The notes under the pieces are model-generated. The model worked only from the letters and a program-made list of their open reading frames with translations. It was not told where the DNA came from and did no database searches. A program made the translations under genes and the position numbers. From assembly GCA_964016885.1 (NCBI GenBank), contig OZ024753.1, positions 29,946,001 through 30,010,000 on the forward strand: 64,000 nucleotides of DNA, given 5' to 3'. This document shows positions 11,953 through 27,502 of the stretch, piece after piece. This DNA is from Eledone cirrhosa (taxonomy: Eukaryota). Numbering within the stretch: position 1 is the stretch's first letter; each line of letters opens with the position of its first letter.

Positions 11953-13530
11953 ATTAGAAATATAGTAATGAATGGGTTAATGTAAAGCAGTAGGGAATAA
12001 TTGAACTATCAGCTATACCTTTTGTACATGAAACTGTTATATCCGTACATTATAAACTGCTAACTTTTAGCTCACTCCTTGCTACATGAGCATTTGTGAT
12101 ATGGTTAATGGATAATGTACTGAGTTGAAAAGTATTTTAGAAATAATGTGTATAATATGAAGTTAATTAATTTGAAGAATTCACAATTTACAGCATTTTA
12201 TGAATAATTTATTTCAAAATTTATTAATTATTTAATTAACAAATTATTAAGTAAGTAAAAGGTGAAATAATTATATAGTATACATAATATAAATTCTGAA
12301 ATATTTCAAATAATCACCTTACCAGATATTTAGTTATATAAGGAAATTTTAAAAATATTTCAATATTTATTAATATTTGAAAATTCTATTTCATTAATTA
12401 TTTCTCTGCTCCTTAAGCGTTCAGCTGAAAAATTGAATACTCGGTTATGAGGAAAACCAAAAATAGTTTCCAAAGACTGACGCCATCTAAACTTTTGCTT
12501 GAAGTAACTGCAGTCCACTCACTACAGCGAAAAGCCACTTTAATATTTTGATTCACTTCACACTGTACTTTATGTATTTTTACTATAAGCAGGACTTGCT
12601 AAGTATTATTGATCCTTGGGAGTTGAATTATACATAATCCATTTCAGGTGTCTCTTTTGCACTTAACTGAACATGCACACAAACACAAACATGTACAGAG
12701 AGAGAAGAGGTGGTAGGAGAGACAGGAAGAAAGATAGAGAGAGAGAAGAGAAGAGAGACAGAAATAGTGTGTGTGTATATATGAAAGAGATAGTGAGCAT
12801 GAGCGAAAGAGTTGTAGAAATGTTGGAATATTTGAATTGTTCAAAGGTTAAAAAAAAAAAAAAGGCAATGGCTCAATGCTTAATTGTTGTTGTTGTTATT
12901 ATTGCTGCTGCTGCTACAGCCACTACTACTACTGCTGCTGCTAATACAACATTCAGTTGTTTTCACCTTTGTGCTAGGTGTTCATGAATGTGGGTGTGGC
13001 TCCCTGAACTAGGCATTGTTTTCACATTTTATTCTTTTCCTTGATTTATTCTTTCTGAGGTTTTATTTTTCTTCCCTAGATATTAGTAATTTCTTTCTTA
13101 GATTTCTTTAAAAAAATATTTAGATAGCAAACCTTTTTCAATTTTATTTTATTCTTCCTTTTCTTTTCTTCTTTGTTTTCTTTTTTTCTTATTGCATTTT
13201 CCTTTCCTTCTTCTAGTTTATATTTTCTTTCATTTCTTTTCCCTTTTCTTTCTTTTCTTTTTAATAAAAATAGCTTTATTTATTTATTTACTTTGCTCTA
13301 ACCAATGAGTCTACTTTTTCTTCATCTTTCATCTTCTTTGCTGCTCCTTCCATGATTGCTTCATTAATTTAAAAATAAATATTGATCTAAGTTGGCAAAG
13401 TGATTTTTTTTTTTTTTCCCCATGTGTGTATGTGTATCTTTTTTATAGCTCGTGTAATTATATATATTACAGAATTTTTCACGTTGAATTTTTGGAGGTT
13501 GAAGTTGGCTTTTTACCTCTGGACATATTG

Positions 13531-13591
<61 letters not shown>

Positions 13592-14316
13592 GCACACACA
13601 CACACACACACGTGTGTGTGTGTAATACATTATATATAATATGAACATATGTGAATGAGTATGTATGATCTTGGTTAGCCTGTGTTAATATAGAAATAAT
13701 GAGAGAAAGAAAAAGAGAGAGAGAGAGAGAGTGGAGATGTTAATAGCATATTGGTAAATTAACATCTGTTCTCCGCAGCATGTAAGTGGGATGGAAAGAA
13801 GCTTCAACCAAAACTGATCTCAGAGAAAGTGTAGAGGTAGCTGTTTCTTGGAGTTCGTAATAATTCTAGATTTAATAATAAAGATAAACTCTTTGATATG
13901 TATGTGCATACACACACACACATGCGCGCGCATGCACACGCACACACACACAAAGACAATGGGAAAAACAACAGAAAGATGGACAGTCCCATTTCCTCAG
14001 TTAACCTTTGGAAATCACTATGGTTTTAGTGCATTAAAGTTGATACCGTCATTTCAGTGCACATTGGGACATAACAAAACAGGTATATATATATATATAT
14101 ATATATGCTCCCATCCCACCACAAGATTAGAAAGTGGTAAGCTGCACTGGTATATTTGCTCCCATCCCACCACAAGGTTAGGAGTTAGGTGGTAATAACC
14201 TGCACTGGTGTGTGTTACTGTTAAAATCAGGTAGGCAACCACCAAGGGTGCAGACCTCAGAGAGCTATATTACTGAAATTTAATGGTTCACAGTTTTGTA
14301 CAAATTTGTTTAACCG

Positions 14317-14357
<41 letters not shown>

Positions 14358-16493
14358 TTAATATTTCAGGAGGGGCCTTTGTGTCAGATGTAATGAAAGA
14401 TTTTAAAAATTATTTTTATGAAACATTTTTATTTTTTTGTGTACATCTTTCTCTCAACAACTAATATGCATCTCTTTTGTTAGAATTCCCTAACTGTTTC
14501 TTGTCAAGGCAAGCTATAACTAGTCAAATTCTAGAAGATATAAACATCAAGTTTTGATCAAATGAAAGTAAAAAGCTTGATAGATTGCTAAAGGTTTGGC
14601 TTTACTTAACCAAGTGGGAATTAAATTTGGTATTGAGGATGTGGTACTTTAATTGTTCCAAAATGTCAAGATGAATCAGTGGTCATTGGGGGTACACTTG
14701 TTCTTAGTGACAGCATTAATGAAAAGACTTGGAAGAAACACTGTGAAGATCTTCTGAGCAAAAAATGATGAGTGAGGCAGGGGAAATGTTTTATAATTAT
14801 TTTGTTGTGGGAAGAGTAGATGTATCCATGACCTGGACAAAATGTCCCAGACTCTTGAGATCAAGGAATGATTGGGAAAAAAGTGTTCAATAAAGGTTTG
14901 GAGAAATGAGACAAAGTGATATGCAGCTTTCCAGGTTTCTATAACCAGAGTCAGTCTAGCATATGGTGTGTTTTTTAATTTATGTGTTGGTGAGGCATGT
15001 GTGTGAAGTCTAAGGAGGAGTGAAAGGGGAGTGTCATTTACATAGGAGTGTTAGAAGAGACAGCTAGCAGGTCATTAGCATACAGGAAGGAAGGAAGGAG
15101 TGTGTGAGAGACATAACAAAACCCTGAGGCATACTAAACTTGATAAAATGCGAAACGGAGAGAGAGCCCCACTGATACAGGAAAATTTCTACATGAGATG
15201 AAAGACAGATGGAGCTCATAGGCAGATTATTTAGCTAAAAGGTTCTCATGTCTGATGCATTGCCTTTCCTAGAGTTAGACCACTGCTGCTTGGTATAAGG
15301 AAAGCAAATCTCTATCAGATCTTGCTTTACATAGAACATACTGGTGGCTACTGAAAAGAGAAAGAATCTAGTTGTGTTAATTAAAGCGATTGTTCACAAC
15401 TGTTTCCATCACCTCTGAATGGTGGAAATGAGGGTGATACATTTGTAGTTTGCGGGATGTTAGACATTATTGTGTAGAGTATATCTATAAGTTGGGTAAA
15501 TTCCATGGAGAAGAATAGAAGAATAAAGAGACCAATGACAGTAGGAGCTAGCTTGAGAATGCACTGTGTGAAGGTAATGGAAAGAGCAACTGTTAAAGGT
15601 AGTTGCTGATTTGGATTGGAGCAACTGAAAATGTTCTCAATTACTGCGTACATGTCGGTCATGAACGATATAGACTAAAATCTGAGCATGCTGGGCTTCC
15701 TATAACATAATGTGATGCTATATTCTATCTTCCTATGACACTATACAGAATATCTGAGATTATCCCTTTCATTACTGTATTTCTAATTAATTAATCAAGA
15801 ATTTTGAAAGATTTACTAAAGTTATTAATTATTTCATTTCTAAGGTAGCAACTTAATATTGTAGTTCTTTATAAAATTATGTTGGAAGATTTTAATTTAA
15901 AATGAGTGGTTTTGTTTCATAGAACAAAAGCTGGTTTTAGCTGGGTTGGTATCAAACGGGTTAAATCTGTAGTAATTGTATTTATTATATGACTAATGGG
16001 GTGGTGGAGTGACAGTATCAGTAGAGCATCAGACAACATGCTTTGAGATATATAGTTACATCCCTTTACATTCTGAGTTCAAATCCTGCCCAGGATTTGA
16101 ACTCAGAAAGTCAATAAATATAGAGTAATTTAAAGGCTAAAGGGTTTCTATTTTAGGCAGAAAGCCAACAGTTTGGAGGGAAGCAGAAAGTCGATTATAT
16201 CAATCCCAGAACTTGGCTGGTACTTTATTTTATTGACCTCGGAAAGATGAAAGGCAAAGTTGACGGTGGCTGGACTGGACTTGAATTCAGAATGTAAAGA
16301 ACAGGACGAATTACCATAGAACATTTTCATCCAACAATTCTGCCAGTCTACCACTCTCAACAACATTGCTAATTAATAAATCATTAATTAACATCAGTTT
16401 TAGGAGATAGACAAAATGGATAACTGGATCAATAGATACATACATACATATATAAATACATGCATAGATATACACATAGGTGTATATTGGTTT

Positions 16494-16650
16494 CCCTACT
16501 CACTGCTGTTGGGGCGGAGTTGGCTGCCCGCAGGTGCGAGCCCTGCGACATGGAATGGCTGTTTCAGCGTGTCTCCCTCGCCATACTCCAGGGTAATGCA
16601 TTTTCCATCCTGTCAGCTGGGACCCAGAGGTGGAGAGCCAGTTAGTTAGT
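16494..16650 (+). mobile_element. 3' fragment of an RLE-encoding (CRE-like) non-LTR retrotransposon
   Basis: WLFQRVSLAILQGNAFSIL resembles the C-terminal LFQRLSVAIQRGNA motif of restriction-like endonuclease retrotransposons. Confidence 0.65.
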
Positions 16651-17529
16651 GGTGGAGGATACTCATTTCGATGTCACTTTTACAACTAGTGTATTTTACA
16701 TTTATACACTGTAAATGTGGTTGGCGTTAGGAAGGGCATCCAGTCGTAGAAACCAAGCCAAAGTCAGTCCTGTGTGAGCGAAACACTGTCCTCTGACCTG
16801 ATCTCTCACAAAGGGATAACTTGTCATACCCATGCTAGTGTGGAAAATGGATGGTAAACGATGATGAGGATGATGCAACTTGTTTTTTTTTTTTACGTAT
16901 TCATCTTTTTTCCTTTAATTATCTGATATATCAAGGGCAGAGAAGCCTTGTTTGTTTTTCTTCTTTTACTTTGATTCCAGCTGTTGTCACATTTCTCTGA
17001 TGACCACTCTGCTTTCTATCTTTAATTGTTAGGTAAACCCTACACTTTTGATTATTTCTGTCCAAAATATGAAGAAAGAGAGAGAGAGAATATGTGTGTT
17101 TGTGTGTGTGTGTTTTGTGTGAGTGAGAAAGGGGGAAAGGAGAATAATTTAGGCTTCAGGCTACATAGAGAAGGTGGAACTAGGAGCAGGAGTAGACTAC
17201 TGATTAGCAAGCAGCAAAAGAAGGAAAGTACTTTTCCCATCCTTCAAATATCTGCTGCTAGGGTGACTGAAGAGGTTCTTCTCTTCTGTTGCTAGCTGGC
17301 CAGATGCAAGCAAATATTCCAGTGCCATGTAATGAGCTAGCTATAACTAGCTTGGCTATAACTAGCTTGCTAGCTGAGATCAGCTTCTGTCTTTCCAATG
17401 TGTCGACACAAATCTTTCCAAAACCTCTCACTGGCACTCAGAACTGGATATAATTTATGTTAAATAATTTGTACCATTTCTAGTTAGAATAAAATTTTGA
17501 TTGTTTGATTTATATTTAGAATTCTGTTC

Positions 17530-17583
<54 letters not shown>

Positions 17584-18219
17584 ATATATATATATATATA
17601 TATATATAAACAATTAAGATTAGATTTTTTTTAATTGTAAGTTATCTTTTACAGTGTCTAATGTTTAATATATGATAATTAGTAAGTTTTAAATTTCTTT
17701 TAATGATATTTAATTTCATATTTCTGTTTTACCTAAGGGTTATTCATTTATTTGATTTGTATGTATTATGCCTGTGTAATGTCTGTAATAGACACATACA
17801 CATGTAGGTGTAGATGCAACTACTCAGGAATATATACATTAATTAAATTGTAAAAATAGTTGTTTATATAATTATCTATAAATAACATTGATATACATTT
17901 ACAAATAAAAAATAAATAAAATGTTGCCAAAATCGAAGCCTGCTGAAGATAACCAATACTTTGAAACATAGCAGGAAGCCATGAACAGAGATGGCAAGGT
18001 CAAATCTCAGAATTCTGTATGACAAAAGATGAAATTTAATAGTGTTATGCTGCATTATCTAACCCACACCAGAATATTTTTGTAAAAATTGCATCAAAAT
18101 AATAGTAGTGATCATGTTATTGTCTGTTGTTTAGCCCCAGTTTTGTCTTCATTGAGCAGACCTATAATTGATGTTCCAATCATGACCATCCCATCTTATT
18201 TTTTGGCACAATGAAGCCA

Positions 18220-18429
18220 AGACCAGCCGTATCTGGCCAACATTCTCTCATCTCTTTCTATTCAAACCGGCTGTTACCTGCTGCTCATACTAATGTTATG
18301 GCATTGTTCTCAAAATAAATAATATCAAAATCTCATAGATTTAATATTATGTGAAATAATTGTGAGATAAAGCCTTTACCGTGGAAATATAATAGCATAT
18401 ATAGAGTAATGTAAATGGTAAAGTGTTAA
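18220..18429 (+). mobile_element. MITE family A, left end lost
   Basis: Body and degenerate right TIR. Confidence 0.75.
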
Positions 18430-19588
18430 TCAATGTGTGTTTCTTGTCTAGCTATAAGGGTTTTAGCAGGTGAAGTGACTACATGGAGGCCCCCACCATT
18501 ATCTCATGATCATGTTGATGAGTTTTGCTTTTGAATTAAGTGTACTCATGTTTTTTCCTTTTACTATGGCTATTGCAGTCCAGCTCGGACATACCGACCT
18601 TCGGCACCACCCTGGACTTGTACCTTATTTAACAGCCTTGAAAGAATGAAAATCAAATTGCACTAGGATTTGAAATCAGAGTGCAGAGAACTGAAACAAA
18701 TACCAGTATGTTCTAATGACTCTGCCAATTTGCTATATGTTTGTAGGCTATTGATCATTACTTCAGTTCACTATTAGGATCAATAAAATTGGTTTTACAT
18801 CTTTATCTTCATGTTGGCCTGACAAAGCTTAGAAGGATCTATTTTGTTAGAGTGAACACCTTCAAAACTGTTCATAGTATTAGTAGTAGTCTTAATCTGG
18901 CCAAACCTGTTTTATCTCTATCAAACCTCTGTCAGGAGATTAATCTTTTTTTTTTCTTCTTTTTCTCTCAGCTTAAGAATGTTTAGTTGAGATAGATCTA
19001 TAAACATAATACAATGTGGATATTACATTATACCATACAGTGCATCATATTATTAGACTGGTTTGTTTAAAGATAGGGTGTGCAGAGATAGTGGGCTCTA
19101 TGGTTGAGCTATAAGCTTTGATTATCAACGTGTTCATTGTTTCATGGGGGACAAAGCAAGCCATATGCCTCAAAGCAAATAATGGGTGCAAAATCACTCT
19201 TGTTCAATCAATATCAGCCCTGTTAATAGTGCCGTGGTTGTAGAAATGAAAGCATTATACTACTATCAACAGTCAGTTATAACCACAAAAAAATTGGATG
19301 ATTGTATTCATCATCACTACCACCATCACCATAACCATTATCATCATAACCACCATAACCACCACCATCATAAACATCATCATAACCACCATTATCATCA
19401 TCATCACTCACTACCATCATCATCATCATCATGCTATAGAATCTGATTATTAAAAGTGGTCACAATACTAACTTTTCTTTATTAGATACTGATTCATGGC
19501 ATGATGTATGTCTATAGAATATATATATATATATTATATATATATATATATATTATATATATATATATATATATAAAAATATATGTAA

Positions 19589-19619
<31 letters not shown>

Positions 19620-19920
19620 AAGGTGCATGGCTTAGTGGTTAGTGTTGGGCTTACGATCGGGAATTTGTGAGTTCAATTCTCTGACCGGGCGGTGCATTGT
19701 ATCCTTGAGCAAGACACTTTATTTCACGTTGCTCCAGTTTATTCAGCTGTAGAAATGAGTTGCGACGTCAATGGTACTGAGTTGCTGGACAACCTCACTG
19801 GCATGAAGAGGAGGGACCAGTATGCATGGGTGATTGCCCGGACTTGAGTCTCGGAAGGGGACTTTCTAGGTACAAATCCCGTGGTCATTCATGACCGAAG
19901 GGGTCTTTACTCTTTATCCT
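19620..19920 (+). mobile_element. tRNA-derived SINE family 2 (ccttgagcaagacacttta core)
   Basis: A box tggcttagtgg, B box gagttcaattc. Other copies near 3121..3370, 22250..22460, 30205..30300, 39055..39192(-), 53515..53620. Confidence 0.8.
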
Positions 19921-21184
19921 TTATTTATATATATATTTGTACCTAGAAAGTCCTTCCGAGACACAAGTCCATATATATGCATATATGGTGAGTGGAGAAC
20001 TGAGTAGGAATCTGGAGAAGAAAGGACAGAGTCCATGACCCTTTCAAAAACTCTGAAACTGGTGAGAAGAAAAGGAAGTCATGTGTATTCTATTCTTCTG
20101 TAGCTTAGGTTTGTCAAGCAGATGATAGATCAAAGATAAAGAAGTGAGTTAAGAAACCCTGTAGTGATTTATTTCATTAAAGTGATGTAGCAAACCTTTC
20201 TTTCTCTCTGTGAAGTACTCAACTGATCAACTGAAAGTTTCACAAAATAAGTATAACTATTTCCCAAAACTTATGAGGTATCTCTCTATTGAGTTCAAGT
20301 CAGTTTGGTTTGAAGTTTGCTATTGCTTATCTTTGCATTTTTGTCAAATAAATACCAGTAATTCAATAAAATTTCGTTTTATGTGGAGTTTAAAAAAAAA
20401 ACGTCATCCCCTGCAGGCATTTGAGAGATGAAACACCATGCCAAATACATGAAGAGGTCACAACACAGCATGTCTTAGAATAGAGCTTTTAACTCATGAT
20501 TTTGAAAGTAGATTTGTTTAATTTTTACTGAAATAACATTGATGGTTATTCTGAAAACTTCATTATCTCAAACCCACCCCTTCCTCATGTCAAAAAATAG
20601 GAAAGCAAAAAAAAAAAATTTCTTTTGAAAATGTTCGTACATGATACTCTTAATTATCATGTCACTATATTTTATCAAAGTAAAATATTTATTTTTTTCA
20701 TTTCTATTTATATATTTCGCTGGACTAATACTATTTATTTATTAGATATAAATTTAATCTTTGAATATATCAATATTTAAGAATTAGATTTAAGACTGAT
20801 TTATTTCGAAGTAAACTACAAATCTTTATATCTTCTTGGAATAACGCATACATCCATACACACACACACTTAAAAATGTATGCATGTGTGTGTATGTAAG
20901 TATGTATTTGTATACATATGTATATAAGGACATTTATGTAGAAATTGGATGTATATGTATGTGTGTAGATATAACTAAAATATTGTTCAACAAATTCATA
21001 GATAGAAGTTAGGGATATTAAAGTTGAAGAAATATCACTTGAAATAGTTGATAGTTGTACCTACTTTTGTCGACTTTTACCAACACAATCAGGTTCAAGG
21101 AAAATAAATAACACTGGATTACTTTGAGCTGGCAAAACTTCAGGAAAACAAGGTCCATTTTTAAAAGCAATATGTCCTGAAACT

Positions 21185-21596
21185 TTAACCCTTTTAGTAT
21201 TTAAACCGGCCATATCCAGCCAGAATTCTCTCACCTCTTTCTGTTCAAACCGGCTGTAACTGGCCACCCATACTGATCTTAAGGTATTGTTTTCAAAATA
21301 AGTATAACAATTTCATAGATTCGATATTATGTGAGATAAAGCCTTTACCATAAAATATAATTGTTTCTACTTTAGGCACAAGGCCAGCAATTACCCAGTG
21401 CTTTACTGGTACTTTATTTTATCGACCCTGTAAGGATGAAAGGCAAAGTCAACCTCGGCGGGATTTGAACTCAGATCGTAAAGGGACGTAACTATGCTGT
21501 AAAGCATGGCGTCCGACCCTCTACCGATACTGCCAATCCACCTTTACCATAAAATATAATAGTATATATATAGTAATGTAAATGCTAAAGGGTTAA
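21185..21596 (+). mobile_element. MITE family A interrupted by a SINE
   Basis: Both TIRs present; SINE at 21362..21540 flanked by a 20-bp duplication. Confidence 0.85.
21362..21540 (-). mobile_element. tRNA-derived SINE family 1 (core gcctttcatccttacggggtcgataaaataaagtaccag)
   Basis: A box tggcagtatcgg, B box gagttcaaatcc, 20-bp TSD. Other copies near 1..135, 6680..6864, 16145..16355, 22765..22976, 34850..35065, 42690..42835, 46495..46940. Confidence 0.85.
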
Positions 21597-21598
21597 AA

Positions 21599-21761
21599 CA
21601 GTTGTGAGCAAACTGGGGCCTTTGAGCTGCATGTGACTCATTTGGCTTTCTGAATGGTGCGCCTAATTTCAAAATTGCCTTGAAGTTTTTAGTAGTGTGA
21701 CCTGCCTTATGATGAGCCATATGCTATGCGGCCCACTGCTTGACAAAGGTTGCACATGCCT
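21599..21761. mobile_element. Decayed hAT-type MITE
   Basis: cagttgtgagcaaact...aggttgcacatgcct; related 3' end at ~56545..56597. Confidence 0.45.
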
Positions 21762-22480
21762 ACTTTAAAATATAAGTCCTTCTGTCTCTGTGTTTGTCTA
21801 GCTCTAACTTTAACGTTGCTGACTTCTAAGTTATGTTGAATGGTGTTCTCTTCCTCCAGGAAAGGACTTTGTGTTTACAACCATCTTGATTCCTAGTGAG
21901 AATAAAATCTATTTGGTTTGTGTGCTCATCTTACTTATTATTTGTCATCAAATGGTTGGCCAGTTTTCTTGTTAGTATTATAGATAGATAGATCATTGGT
22001 TTCACAAAACTCCAGGAGCTTTAATCCTTCCTCATTTTTCTTCCCAAACCCAGAGCCTCCTTGGACACCATGGAAGCTCTTCAGTGTTTTCCAACAAATC
22101 ACCAGCCATAATTATGAAGTTACTGTTATTTATTAATGAATCAGTATGCATGTGAGCCACATACAAGTGGTCCTTCAGTTCCTGTGTCAGTCAAGGTTTG
22201 CTGTGCATAAGCAGAGATAACTATTACTGTTGTTTTATCTACTACTGCGTGGCTTTGTGGTTAGGTTATTTAGCTGAAGATCATGAGGTTCTGAGTTCGA
22301 TTCCCGCTGTGTCCTTGAGCAAGACACTTTATTTCACTCTGCTGTCAAAAATGAGTTGTACCAGTTATTTGAAGGCCAGCCTTGTCACATTCTGTGTCAT
22401 GTTGAATCTCCCTGATAACTACGTTCAGGGTATGCATGTTTGTGGAATGCTCAACCACATCCATGTTAAAATGAATGATA

Positions 22481-22525
<45 letters not shown>

Positions 22526-23609
22526 AATATAAATTAGCGAGAATCGTATTACGGCTATTGGAAATTAGCGAAAAACAACTTCCGAGATGTGTGGCAAGCA
22601 CACAATAGATTCTAACGAACCAGAGCTACAACATGCGTTAAAAGGCCAAACACACTGAGACGATGGTTAAACCATTATCCGCACAGCCATAGAAACGACC
22701 AAGTAACTTGGGTCAAACAAATAAAAAAAAATATGATTGAAAAATATATATATATATATAATAATGATTTCTAGAATAGGGACAAGGTCAGTAATTTGGG
22801 GGAGGGGAAAGTCGATTAAATCAACCCCAGTACATTACTGGTGCTTTATTTTATCGACCCTGTAAGGATGAAAGGCAAAGTTAACTTCGGAGGGATTTGA
22901 ACTTAGATCGTAAAGGGCAGTAACTCTATGTTGCAAAGCATGGCGTCTGACCCTCTACTGATACTGCCAATTCACCGATGGACAACATGTCAAATTTTCA
23001 TTATGCTTATTGAAGTGGTGCAGCACGTTTTGGGATTGATCAGCTCAAAGTTCGATCAGTATCGATCGGACCCGACTCTAAAATCAAAAGCTCAGCAGAC
23101 TTCTGTTAACGCAATGACAGAATATGTGTATATATAATATATATATATACACACATGAGAGAGAGAGAGAGAGAGAGAGAGATGTATACATGGGACCAGC
23201 TTTTTTGTTTTTGAGGTATGGGTATTAGAAACATGACTAATGCATTTTCAATAATTTTCTCTCAAATTTTTCCAGCTAAGGTTTTATTTTTTCCCCTTGT
23301 ATTATTCAGACTGCACCAGTATTGGACAATAAAAAAAAAAATAAATCCATAAATTAGAAATACTTCACAGAAAATTATTCAAAATGTGTTACAGCCGTGT
23401 TTTAAAACTGCGTAGGATGTGTGTGTGTGTGTGTATTTGTCTGTGTCTGTATGTGTTCCTGTGTGTTTGTGTCTGTTTCTATGTCTGTCTGTGTGTTCTT
23501 TACACTACAGTGCCTGTGAAGGCTGAGTATTCACTCTCAGTAAAATTATGTTCCCAAAGCTATATATAGTTTTCCTAAGTATTATAAGTTAGAATTGTAC
23601 AAATGTTTT

Positions 23610-24543
<934 letters not shown>

Positions 24544-24919
24544 GCTTTATACAGACAGTTAGAAATAAAATACAATATTTGAAAATATTTGAGTGGTGTA
24601 GAAATTTTGAAAAAGTAAAAACAACCAACATATAAAACAGGCATGTGTGGTGGATATATAATTTTTGGCATATAAGAACAAAGGAAAGAGTCTATGTACT
24701 CTCTACATGCACTGGAACATATTTGTTTTGGTTATTACTTTGTCTTGTTAAAGAATAATTAATTTTTGTTTTCAACTTTTCTCTGAATATTTTTTTTATA
24801 ATTAAATAGATAGGCTTAAATGATTACTCTCTGGTTTTAGTTAATATCAAAGGAATCTCTGAGAACCATTCTACTACTTTTCTTCTTTTTCTTTTTAAAT
24901 GAGCTTTGTTTCAGAAATC

Positions 24920-25352
24920 TGGATTGTTGTTGTTGTAGTGGCTGTGGTGGTGGTAGTAGTGGTTGTGATGGTGGTGGTAGCTGTAGTAGTCATGGTGGTA
25001 ATGGTAGTAGTAGTAGTGGTGGTGGTGGTGGTGGTGTTGGTAGTAGTTGTAGTAGTCATGGTGGTAGTAGTAGTAGTAGTGGTGGTGATGGTTGCATGGT
25101 GGTGGTAGTAGTGGTGATGGTTGCATGGTAGTTGTGATGGTAGTAGTTGTAGTAATCGTGGTGGTGGTGGTGGTGGTGGTGGTGGTGGTAGTGGTGGTGA
25201 TGATTGCACGGTGGTTGTAGTAGTGGTGATGATGGTTGCATGGTGGTTGTGATGGTAGTAGTTGTAGTCATGGTGGTGGTGGTGATGGTTGCATGGTGGT
25301 TGTAGTAGTGGTGGTGGTGCTGGTAGTAGTTGTAGTAGTCATGGTGGTGGTT
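24920..25352. repeat. (GTG/GTA/GAT)n triplet repeat
   Basis: Direct reading. Confidence 0.95.
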
Positions 25353-25496
25353 TATTAAATTTTTCTTTATTAAGAAAAAAAGAAATATTTATTTTAAGCA
25401 CTTTTATCTGTAACTTTAAAAAAAAAGTCATATTCCATTTAAGAATCAAGAATAGAATTTAAAAAATATCAACAGACGACACATTTTAGGATGATA

Positions 25497-26166
25497 ATAA
25501 TTGTTTCTATTTTTGGCACAAGGCCAGCAATTAATCCAGTGCATTACTGGTACTTTATTTTATTGACCCTGTAAGGATGAAAGGCAAAGTTAACCTCGGT
25601 GGGATTTGAACTCAGACCGTAAAGGGACGTAACTATGCTGAAAAGCATGGTGTCCGACCCTCTACCAATCCACCACCCATAATAATAATAACAATGGTTT
25701 TTTTTTATATAGGCACAAGGCCAGCAATTTTGGGGGAGGGGAAAGTCGATTAAATCGACCCTTGTGCGTTATTGGTACTTTATTTTATCGACTCCGTAAA
25801 GATCTAAGGCAAAGTTAACCTCGGTGGATTTTAACTCAGAACGTAAAGAGCCATAACTCTATGCTGCAAAGCATGGTGTCTGACGCTCTACCGATACTGA
25901 ATGATTTCATTTACTGGCCACAAAGGTCGACATATAGGGGACAATACAAAGACTGGGACAGGGGGGGGGGTTACAGATAATAATTGTTTCTACTTTTGGC
26001 ACAAGGCCAGCAAATACCCAGTACATTACTGGTACCTTATTTTATCTACCCCATAAGGATGAAAGGTAAAGTTAACCTCAGTGGGAATTGAACTCAGGCC
26101 GTAAAGGGCCATAACTCTATGCTATAAAGCATGGTGTCCAACGCTCTACCGATTCTGCCAATCCAC
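25497..26166 (-). mobile_element. Cluster of three co-oriented SINE family 1 copies
   Basis: Units ~25497..25678, 25690..25900, 25980..26166. Confidence 0.85.
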
Positions 26167-26705
26167 AAGGATGAGAAGAAGAAAGCTAAGCAAAATATAG
26201 GAAGTAATAGATTTGGTAAACATTTGTTTTATCTATGTGTGTGTGTGTGTGTGTTGTGTGTGTGTGTGTGTGTGTCTGGTGATGAGGAAGCTTTGTAGAA
26301 GAAGCATTGTTTCTTTGAGAACAATAGATTCCATTCACATAGTTTTGTGAAATGGTCTGAGTTAGTGTGGAATGTTTGACAAACACCAAGCCACTGTGCT
26401 TCCTTCTTCCTCCTTCTACTCCTACACTTGGACATAAGTAACCCTTTGCTACTACTGGTTTCACATATTCTGAACTATCAACAAACTCTTCTCTTCATCC
26501 ACCACACTTCCTCGCTTTTCTTTTCCTCTCCTAGTTTTTTTTTTTGTTTTTGCTTTATTTTTTCTTTTTTTTCTTTCTTTTTCTTTCTTTCCTTCTTTCT
26601 TCATCTTTTTTAATGAAGTATGCTGCTGCTGCTGCTGATGTTGTTTCCTTTTCCTCTCTGCCTAAAGTGGTGTAGGCATGCTCACACACACATATATATA
26701 AACAC

Positions 26706-26747
<42 letters not shown>

Positions 26748-26752
26748 AACAC

Positions 26753-26789
<37 letters not shown>

Positions 26790-26798
<9 letters not shown>

Positions 26799-26995
26799 TC
26801 ACATGCACACACATATATATATATATATACACACATCACATAGACGCATACACACACACATATATATATATATACACACATCACATAGACGCATACACAC
26901 ACACATATATATATATATACACACATCACATAGACGCATACACACACACATATATATATATATACACACATCACATAGACGCATACACACACACC
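26790..26995. repeat. 45-bp minisatellite built from CA/TA microsatellites, ~4.5 units
   Basis: tcacatagacgc recurs at 26836, 26881, 26926, 26971. Confidence 0.9.
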
Positions 26996-27064
26996 ACATA
27001 TATAAATATATAATATATATATGAACTAGCAGAGTATTATTACACACATAGGAACAGAGGCATT

Positions 27065-27095
<31 letters not shown>

Positions 27096-27299
27096 TATAC
27101 ACACATGCACGTGTGCACTCAAGCTCATGCGTGCACATACATGCATACGTGAACAACATTCGTGTCTATGCACCCACACACATTACACATACAAACCCAC
27201 ATATACACACTGAAATACTCTGATATATACTGTAACATGTATCACTCTCACATGACACACTCACAGATACATGTACACACCCATACTTTATATTCTAAT

Positions 27300-27331
<32 letters not shown>

Positions 27332-27433
27332 CCCCTCTTGAGTGTGAGGGAGAGAGAGAGAGGAGAAGCTAGCAATCAATATTACCATCTGAGTGCTGAG
27401 AATTTGTGCATCTGAACTATTTATCAGAACATT

Positions 27434-27502
<69 letters not shown>

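Noticed and set aside
14105-14210. Short local tandem duplications (also 36165..36340, 59288..59390, 41980..42050)
   Set aside because: Ordinary slippage duplications with no further structure.
17938-17975. CTGAAGA...GAAAC hammerhead-like string
   Set aside because: Stem II barely pairs and the cleavage-site register is off.
19620-19700. tRNA genes at SINE heads
   Set aside because: A and B boxes continue into SINE bodies; no cloverleaf.
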